From Gallionellales bacterium 39-52-133 (GTDB lineage Bacteria > Pseudomonadota > Gammaproteobacteria > Burkholderiales > Gallionellaceae), in contig NCJL01000002.1 of assembly GCA_002278935.1 (NCBI GenBank), positions 272,267 through 336,266 on the forward strand: DNA of 64,000 nt. The letters are read 5' to 3'. The notes below the pieces were generated by a model. The model was not told the origin of the DNA. It saw nothing but the letters and a program-made list of their open reading frames with translations, and made no database searches. The position numbers and the translations under genes are program-made. Within the stretch, counting starts at the first letter, position 1. Each line of letters opens with the position of its first letter. Of the stretch, positions 57,623 to 64,000 are shown piece by piece.

Positions 57623-58567
57623 ATGTCAGATTTGTTCAAAGATATTAATGCGCGTACCAAGCTGGCTGGAACCAACAAGCTGGAGATACTTATGTTTACG
57701 CTCGGGAAGGATAACCGCAGCGGACGCCGTGAAACATATGGCATCAATGTGTTCAAAGTGCGCGAGGTTATGCGTATTCCGGCCATCACTAAGGCGCCAG
57801 ACATGCCGGCCTCAGTTGAGGGTATGGTGAGTTTGCGCGGGGTTCTGGTGCCTGTCATTGACCTTGCGAAATACACCAACATGCAGACTGATACACAACC
57901 TTCTATCATGATTGTTACGGAGTACAACGGCCATACACAGGGTTTTCTGGTCGAGGCTGTTGATACGATTTTGCGTCTCGACTGGGCGTCCATGAAGGTG
58001 CCTCCGGAGATGTTGAATGCGCAGCTTGGAGGGCTTGTTGTGGCGGTGACAGAGTTGCCTGACAAGCGCCTGGTGATGATGATGGATGTGGAAAAGGTAC
58101 TCTCAGATACGGGGAATTTTGGCACTGATGAGGTACTGTTTAAACACATCAAGCCAATTAGTCAAAGCAATAGAACGGTGTTTTATGTCGATGATTCACC
58201 GGTTGCCCGTAAACAAATTTCACGCACACTGGATGCGATGGGAGTTCATTATATTGCCGCGGTAAATGGCCATAAAGCATGGGAAGAATTAAAAAGACTG
58301 GCCGATTCAGCCGATATTGCACACATCCCGGTGAGTGACTTGATTCAAGTTATATTAACTGACGTGGAGATGCCGGAAATGGATGGCTATATGCTCACGC
58401 GCAAAATAAAGGAAGACCAGCGTTTTGCCAATATTCCCGTACTGATGCATTCATCGCTGTCCAGTTTGTCCAATCAGCAGCTGGGCAAGGCAGTTGGAGT
58501 GGATGAGTATGTGCCGAAATTCGAACCGCAAAAATTATCGCAGACCTTGATGCGTCTGTTGGGCTGA
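57623..58567 (+). CDS. cheV: CheV (CheW domain fused to receiver), copy 1
   Basis: AGGAG lies 5 nt upstream of the ATG at 57623. N-terminal CheW-like domain (YGINVFKVREV...LRG.LVPVIDL) and a C-terminal receiver (VDDS...LTDVEMPEMDGY). Confidence 0.85.
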   Translation: MSDLFKDINARTKLAGTNKLEILMFTLGKDNRSGRRETYGINVFKVREVMRIPAITKAPDMPASVEGMVSLRGVLVPVIDLAKYTNMQTDTQPSIMIVTEYNGHTQGFLVEAVDTILRLDWASMKVPPEMLNAQLGGLVVAVTELPDKRLVMMMDVEKVLSDTGNFGTDEVLFKHIKPISQSNRTVFYVDDSPVARKQISRTLDAMGVHYIAAVNGHKAWEELKRLADSADIAHIPVSDLIQVILTDVEMPEMDGYMLTRKIKEDQRFANIPVLMHSSLSSLSNQQLGKAVGVDEYVPKFEPQKLSQTLMRLLG

Positions 58568-58580
58568 AGGGAGTGTCGCA

Positions 58581-59531
58581 ATGTCCTTGGAACAAGTAAA
58601 TACACAAATTGCCGTGAGCGGCAGCATATTGGATGCGGTTGATGAGCGCACCAATCTGGCGGGCTCAAACAAGATGGAAATCCTGTTGTTTTCCATAGGC
58701 TCGAACGAGACTTTTGGAATAAATGTATTTAAGGTTAAAGAAGTTACACGGGCGGTAACCATTACCAAAACGCCGAATATGCCCCGTGGCCTGGATGGTA
58801 TTGCCAGCTTACGCGGACATGTAATGCCTGTGCTGAATCTGGCAAGTTTCATGAATCTGGGCAATCCGGCGGAGCAGAAGGTCATGATGGTGGCGGAGTA
58901 CAGCCGCCATGTGCTCGGCTTTCTGGTGCGGGATGTCGATCGCATAGTGCGTGTGGATTGGGACAAGGTACATGCAGCGGAAGGCATGTCCAGCAATCAT
59001 AATAATCTGATTACCGCCATTACCGAACTGCCCAATGGCACGCTGGTTTCCATACTCGATGTTGAGCAGATACTTTCCACCGCATTTGGCGAGGATGTGG
59101 TGGGTAAAATTGAGAAGGTTGAAAGAGGGCATGAAAAATGCGTCTTTTTCGTGGATGACTCTGCTGTTGCGCGCAAGAAAATAGTAGAAGTGCTGGACAA
59201 GATGGGGGTTAAAAATGTACAGGCTCATAATGGCCTGGAAGCCTGGCAGCGACTCAAAGGACTGGCGGACTCTGCGCAGCATTCACGGATTGATTTGCAT
59301 ACGCAGATTCAGGTGATATTGGTGGATGCAGAAATGCCTGAAATGGACGGGTATGTGCTGACACAGAATATCAAGGCAGACAGGCGCTTTGATAGTGTAC
59401 CTGTTGTGATGCATTCATCACTGTCGTCGGAGGCAAACCGTGCAATGGGCAAGCGCGTAGGCGTTGATTATTATGTGGCGAAATTTGATTCGGGGATGTT
59501 ATCAGATACACTTCGCCCACTGCTCTCGTGA
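58581..59531 (+). CDS. cheV: CheV, copy 2
   Basis: Same architecture as copy 1 (FGINVFKVKEV...LRGHVMPVLNL; VDDS...LVDAEMPEMDGY). Confidence 0.85.
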   Translation: MSLEQVNTQIAVSGSILDAVDERTNLAGSNKMEILLFSIGSNETFGINVFKVKEVTRAVTITKTPNMPRGLDGIASLRGHVMPVLNLASFMNLGNPAEQKVMMVAEYSRHVLGFLVRDVDRIVRVDWDKVHAAEGMSSNHNNLITAITELPNGTLVSILDVEQILSTAFGEDVVGKIEKVERGHEKCVFFVDDSAVARKKIVEVLDKMGVKNVQAHNGLEAWQRLKGLADSAQHSRIDLHTQIQVILVDAEMPEMDGYVLTQNIKADRRFDSVPVVMHSSLSSEANRAMGKRVGVDYYVAKFDSGMLSDTLRPLLS

Positions 59532-59652
59532 GCAGACAGGGGGTAAGGGGATAAAAAGGAAGGGAGTTTTATGCCTTCCGGGAAAAACAGTAATGAACGT
59601 TTATTCACATTCCTTCTATGCCTTCTTTTAATAATGATTAAGGAGAAATATT

Positions 59653-60042
59653 GTGGCTGATCCAAATATGAAAATTCTGGTGGTGGATGATTTTTCCACT
59701 ATGCGCAGAATTGTTAGAAATTTGCTTAAAGAGCTGGGTTTCTCGAATGTAGAAGAAGCTGAAGACGGGATAGACGCGTTAAAAAAATTGCGTGCAGATA
59801 CTTTTGATTTTGTCGTATCTGACTGGAATATGCCCAACATGACGGGCATAGATTTGCTGCGCGAGATTCGCAAAGATGCTGCCCTGAAGCATTTGCCGGT
59901 GCTGATGGTCACTGCCGAGGCAAAGAAGGAAAATATTATCGAAGCAGCACAAGCTGGAGCATCCGGTTATGTGGTCAAGCCCTTTACGGCTATCACGCTG
60001 GATGAAAAATTGAAAAAAATCTTTCTTACCATGCAAAAGTGA
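59653..60042 (+). CDS. cheY: Chemotaxis response regulator CheY
   Basis: GTG start. (M)[38 protein letters not shown] is nearly collinear with enteric CheY. 129 aa. Confidence 0.95.
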   Translation: MADPNMKILVVDDFSTMRRIVRNLLKELGFSNVEEAEDGIDALKKLRADTFDFVVSDWNMPNMTGIDLLREIRKDAALKHLPVLMVTAEAKKENIIEAAQAGASGYVVKPFTAITLDEKLKKIFLTMQK

Positions 60043-60050
60043 GTGATGCC

Positions 60051-60779
60051 ATGAGCAAAAAAGCGGCGGCAAATAACGACTCGGACGATCTCGAATCATT
60101 ATTCGACAGTATCGTCTCGGCGAATAAAAACGGGGGCGATGAAAAAGCATCATCAATCTCAAAGTCGGGTGCAGTGGTGGCGGGAGATGATGTTTTTAAC
60201 GAGATCGGCCATTTAACCCGCGCATTACACGACAGTTTGCGGGAATTGGGTTACGACAAGAATCTGCAGAAAGCTGCTTCTGCCATACCCGATGCGCGCG
60301 ACAGGCTCAATTACATTGCGACCATGACACAGGCAGCTGCTGAAAGAGTGCTTAATGCAACAGAAGCTGCGCAGCCGGTAGTGGACAAAATTGAGTCGGG
60401 TGCAAAAAATCTTGCTGTCGAGTGGCAAATGCTTTTTGATAATAAACTTGATGTAAACCAGTTCAAGCAACTGGCGACACAGACGCACTCATATTTGCTG
60501 GACGTGCCAAAGCAGACGCGCCAAACAAGTGCAAACCTGACTGAAATCATGATGGCACAGGACTTTCAGGATCTGACCGGACAAGTGATCAAGAAGATTA
60601 TTGATGTGACACAAAATATGGAACAGCAACTATTGGCATTGCTGGTGCATCATGCGCCGCCAACAGTTAACCTGGATCCAAGTTTGTTAAATGGCCCTGT
60701 AGTCAATGCCGCTGGACGCGCCGATGTGGTAACCAGCCAGGCTCAGGTGGATGATTTGTTGGAAAGTCTGGGGTTCTGA
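60051..60779 (+). CDS. cheZ: CheY-P phosphatase CheZ
   Basis: Long helical hairpin with the catalytic region MMAQDFQDLTGQVIKKI and the C-terminal CheY-binding peptide QAQVDDLLESLGF. An alternative GTG start at 60039 overlaps the cheY stop. Confidence 0.85.
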   Translation: MSKKAAANNDSDDLESLFDSIVSANKNGGDEKASSISKSGAVVAGDDVFNEIGHLTRALHDSLRELGYDKNLQKAASAIPDARDRLNYIATMTQAAAERVLNATEAAQPVVDKIESGAKNLAVEWQMLFDNKLDVNQFKQLATQTHSYLLDVPKQTRQTSANLTEIMMAQDFQDLTGQVIKKIIDVTQNMEQQLLALLVHHAPPTVNLDPSLLNGPVVNAAGRADVVTSQAQVDDLLESLGF

Positions 60780-60780
60780 A

Positions 60781-62616
60781 ATGGGCGACTTCACCGGTAT
60801 GGAAGATTTATTGCAGGACTTCCTGATGGAAGCCTCCGACTTGCTGTCAGATGTGGACAGCAAGCTGATGGATTTGGAAAAATCCCCGCAAAATAAAGAT
60901 CTGTTGAATGTGATATTTCGCGGCTTTCATACCATCAAGGGTGGTGCCGGATTTCTTAATGCGCTGTGCCACCTGACTGAAAATCTGTTCGACAAATTGC
61001 GCAATTCGGAGCTGCAGCTCGATCCTGCATTGCTGGATGTGATTCTCGCCGCAACCGGTGAAGTGCGGCTGATGTTTAATGATCTGGGAAAAAGCGTGCA
61101 GCCGCAGGCCGCACCGGCAGATATGCTTTCTTCACTGGAGGCCGCGCTGCAGGGCAAGAAAATCAGGCCGCGTGCATCTGCTGATGCAAAAGCAAAGCCA
61201 GCGGCACCGGCTGAGACTTCACCTCGTCAAACCGGTGGGCAGGGTGGCCCGGATTGGGATGTGCTGTATAACTCCCTGCTGGGGAAAACTTCCCTGGCTG
61301 TTTCCGAACCGCCGGTGGATGAACTAAATCCGCTTGAAGATAAAGTGGACATTGATGAGCACCAGCTAAAGGTCAGCGCCTTTGGTCGTCGTGCCGAAGA
61401 TATTCCCGGTGGCAGCCCTGCGCCAGCAGCTGCTCGCCGCGAAACCGACCCCCCTGCCAAGGACAACACCATTCGCGTTGATACCGACAGGCTGGATCAG
61501 GTGCTGAATCTCTCGGGCGAAATCGGCTTGACCAAAAACAGGCTGACGCATTTGCGCAGCGATATTCTGCATGGCAATACCAGCGCTGCAACGCTGAAAT
61601 CTCTTGATGAATCTGTCAACCAGCTGGACATGCTGGTTGTCAACTTGCAGAACGCGGTGATGAATACGCGCATGCAACCCATAGGCAGGCTGTTTAAAAA
61701 ATATCCGCGTCTGGCACGTGATCTGGCGCGGCAACTGGGCAAGGATGTAGAGCTGGAACTGTCGGGTGAAACAACCGAAATCGACAAGACCATGATTGAG
61801 GATCTCAACGACCCGCTTGTGCACCTGGTGCGCAATGCAGTCGATCATGGTGTGGAAAGTGCGGAGCAGCGAGCAGCAGCTGGCAAGCCCAGCAAAAGTA
61901 TTGTGCAACTGAGCGCGCGCCAGGAAGGCGATCACATCCTTATTACCATTACCGACGACGGGCGCGGTATGAATCCTGAAGTCTTGCGCAACAAGGCGGT
62001 ACAGAAAGGCCTGATCACCTCGGAGGAAGCCAACGCACTGAGTGAAGACCAGAGTCTTAATCTTGTTTTCATGCCCGGATTTTCAACCAAGGACGAAATT
62101 TCCAGTGTGTCAGGCCGCGGCGTGGGCATGGATGTGGTGAATACCAACATTCAAAAGCTCAATGGCACGATCGAAATTAAATCCCTGCCGGGCAAGGGAT
62201 CGATGTTCGTTATCGTCCTGCCGCTGACACTGGCGATTCTCCCTGTATTGCTGGTGCGTTTGAGCGATCAGCCGTTTGCAGTGCCGCTGTCGATGGTGCG
62301 CGAAATCATGTCGGTGGAGGCCGAAGGGCAGCAATTGATTTCCGGCAAGCCCACCATGGTGGTGCGCGGTGAAGTATTGCCTGTACTTTCACTTGCCAGG
62401 TTAATCGGTTGGGAAGAGTCGGGAAAATCAGAGGTTGGCGTATTGATGCAGATGGGAAGTTACAGTTTTATCCTGACTGCTGACGGTTTTGACGGTCACG
62501 ACGATGTCGTGATCAAGTCACTGGACACCTTCCGTCCCAAGGGAGTGGCCGGTGTAACCATGTCGAGTGAAGGCAAAATTGTAATGATCCTGGATGTTAA
62601 AGAGTTGCTCATGTAG
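60781..62616 (+). CDS. cheA: Chemotaxis histidine kinase CheA
   Basis: P1 Hpt (FRGFHTIKGGAGFL), a Pro/Ala-rich linker, the P3-P4 core (LVRNAVDHGVE, DDGRGMN, GRGVGMD) and P5 CheW-like. 611 aa from the ATG at 60781. Confidence 0.9.
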   Translation: MGDFTGMEDLLQDFLMEASDLLSDVDSKLMDLEKSPQNKDLLNVIFRGFHTIKGGAGFLNALCHLTENLFDKLRNSELQLDPALLDVILAATGEVRLMFNDLGKSVQPQAAPADMLSSLEAALQGKKIRPRASADAKAKPAAPAETSPRQTGGQGGPDWDVLYNSLLGKTSLAVSEPPVDELNPLEDKVDIDEHQLKVSAFGRRAEDIPGGSPAPAAARRETDPPAKDNTIRVDTDRLDQVLNLSGEIGLTKNRLTHLRSDILHGNTSAATLKSLDESVNQLDMLVVNLQNAVMNTRMQPIGRLFKKYPRLARDLARQLGKDVELELSGETTEIDKTMIEDLNDPLVHLVRNAVDHGVESAEQRAAAGKPSKSIVQLSARQEGDHILITITDDGRGMNPEVLRNKAVQKGLITSEEANALSEDQSLNLVFMPGFSTKDEISSVSGRGVGMDVVNTNIQKLNGTIEIKSLPGKGSMFVIVLPLTLAILPVLLVRLSDQPFAVPLSMVREIMSVEAEGQQLISGKPTMVVRGEVLPVLSLARLIGWEESGKSEVGVLMQMGSYSFILTADGFDGHDDVVIKSLDTFRPKGVAGVTMSSEGKIVMILDVKELLM

Positions 62617-62640
62617 GCCAGCCCTTAGGTAATAGAGATT

Positions 62641-63879
62641 ATGAAAACGATATCCAGAATAATAGTGCTTCCCCGGAAGGAAAAACAGCGGGGCAAAAGT
62701 GTAATTCTGTTGATGGCCGGTATCGCAATATCAGCGCTCCTGCTGCACTGGTTTTTGTCTGGTCTTGCACAAGGCTGGGTCGCCATGCTGATACAAGCCT
62801 CGATTACCATATTTTCGCTCGGTATTGCATGGTTCCTGATCTCTGCTGCGGCGGGTCAGGATGCGGGAAGCAATGTGCAGCAGGAGGTACACCAGCAGAG
62901 TGCGGTTGAAAGTGTGCTGATGCAGACACACCCGCAGTTTTCCACGCATTTTGCGGGTGCGAGCGGGGATCTCGATCAGGTACAAGCCTTGCTGGCAGAT
63001 GCGATAGAAAAATTGCTGGAAAGTTTCAGCGGCATGCAAAGCCTGATAAAAAGCCAGCAGAATGCGGCACTGGGTCTGGTTGGCACGCATAGTTCTCAAC
63101 ATAACACCGAGACTGGAGATTTTCTGACTGAAATTTCCGCCACTTTCCAGCAACTGATTGTCACCATCGTTAACAACAGCAAGGTGGGGCTTGAGCTGGT
63201 TGAAAAGATGGATGTTGTGACCGAAAAAGTGGGCGAGATCCTGGCCGTGCTGGCCGATATAGACGGTATCGCCAAGCAAACCAATCTGCTGGCGCTGAAT
63301 GCGGCAATTGAGGCTGCGCGAGCCGGGGAGTACGGTCGCGGTTTTGCGGTGGTGGCAGACGAGGTGCGCAAGCTTTCCAGCCGTTCCGAGCAGTTCAGCC
63401 AGCAGATACGCACCACCGTGAGTGGCGTCAAGGAGGCTATCAGCACGGCCGAGGCCTCGATTGAGCAAATGGCATCACTTGACATGGGCTTTGCGGTGGA
63501 TTCCAAGCACAAGGTGGGGGAGGCACTGGATCGCGCACAAAAAATTAATGCAAACATGACTGTCGTCATAGAGCAGCAGGCAGATATTGCACGAGAGGTA
63601 GATCAGGTAGTGGGGCGCGCCATTTCTTCCCTGCAGTTTCAGGATATGGTCGGGCAATTGCTGCAGCACTCCAATACACGCATAAACAGCATGAAGTCTG
63701 CCTGGCATCGCATGGGTGACTGGTCGCAGGAAGCAGCGCAGGGTCGCGCTGCATCCCCCGACAAAATTGATAAAATGCGCGCCGAAATTGGCGAAATTTT
63801 CTCCAAAGCAGATACTTTGGGTGCGCGTAACCCGGTGCGCCAGGAAAAAATGGCAACCGGCGATATAGACTTGTTTTAG
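62641..63879 (+). CDS. Methyl-accepting chemotaxis protein (short, membrane-anchored)
   Basis: Two N-terminal TM helices with almost no periplasmic loop. Signalling hairpin [30 protein letters not shown]. Confidence 0.85.
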   Translation: MKTISRIIVLPRKEKQRGKSVILLMAGIAISALLLHWFLSGLAQGWVAMLIQASITIFSLGIAWFLISAAAGQDAGSNVQQEVHQQSAVESVLMQTHPQFSTHFAGASGDLDQVQALLADAIEKLLESFSGMQSLIKSQQNAALGLVGTHSSQHNTETGDFLTEISATFQQLIVTIVNNSKVGLELVEKMDVVTEKVGEILAVLADIDGIAKQTNLLALNAAIEAARAGEYGRGFAVVADEVRKLSSRSEQFSQQIRTTVSGVKEAISTAEASIEQMASLDMGFAVDSKHKVGEALDRAQKINANMTVVIEQQADIAREVDQVVGRAISSLQFQDMVGQLLQHSNTRINSMKSAWHRMGDWSQEAAQGRAASPDKIDKMRAEIGEIFSKADTLGARNPVRQEKMATGDIDLF

Positions 63880-63904
63880 TGGATTTGTTTGAAGGGGAAG
63901 AGTA

Positions 63905-64000
63905 ATGGCAAAAACGATTTTAAGTGTGGATGACTCCAATTCAATTCGGCAGATGGTGTCATTTACGCTGAAAGGGGCCGGTTACGAAGTGATCGAGGCG
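63905..64000 (+). CDS. CheY-like response regulator, N-terminal 32 codons (continues beyond the window)
   Basis: MAKTILSVDDSNSIRQMVSFTLKGAGYEVIEA, a receiver-domain start with the acidic DD pair. Confidence 0.7.
   Translation, partial: MAKTILSVDDSNSIRQMVSFTLKGAGYEVIEA

Overview
The gene content and synteny of this chromosomal segment point to a flagellated betaproteobacterium. This is an inference from flhDC, coq7, an SAH-riboswitch-controlled ahcY-metF operon, and the rpsU-dnaG-rpoD-tRNA(CAU) order. About 60 densely packed protein genes are present, and most are housekeeping. They include the methyl cycle (metF, ahcY, metK), two late lipid A acyltransferases, ubiD, dacB, bioA, ttcA, coq7, rplM-rpsI, argC, bactofilin, erpA, anmK, tyrS and the rpsU-yqeY-dnaG-rpoD operon. 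There are two chemosensory clusters. The first is a Pil-Chp-like type IV pilus cluster (21.5-30.6 kb): two PilG-like paralogs, PilH, PilI, PilJ, a ChpA-like hybrid kinase and two further CheW-like genes. The second is a flagellar cluster (54.4-64 kb): flhDC, motAB, two cheV, cheY, cheZ, cheA, an MCP and the start of another response regulator. phoBR with a clear Pho box is also present. I found one tRNA (CAU anticodon) and no rRNA, CRISPR array, integrase ORF or transposase ORF. Non-coding content is rich: an SAH riboswitch, several sigma70-like promoters and hairpin terminators, and at least six unrelated palindromic or inverted-repeat families in intergenic regions. I do not see an obvious multi-gene defence or secretion system. 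The best candidates for something undescribed are: (i) an AT-rich 1.9-kb cassette-like island at 30.6-32.6 kb, with three small unrelated ORFs that share an upstream dyad motif and are bounded by a direct repeat; (ii) a small GIY-YIG nuclease gene bracketed by inverted copies of a 26-nt repeat that also occurs as a solo hairpin nearby, an arrangement like a REPtron; and (iii) tandem PilG-like regulators with an uncharacterised ~150-aa N-terminal domain. All functional calls come from reading the translated ORFs and the DNA by eye. No database search was run.
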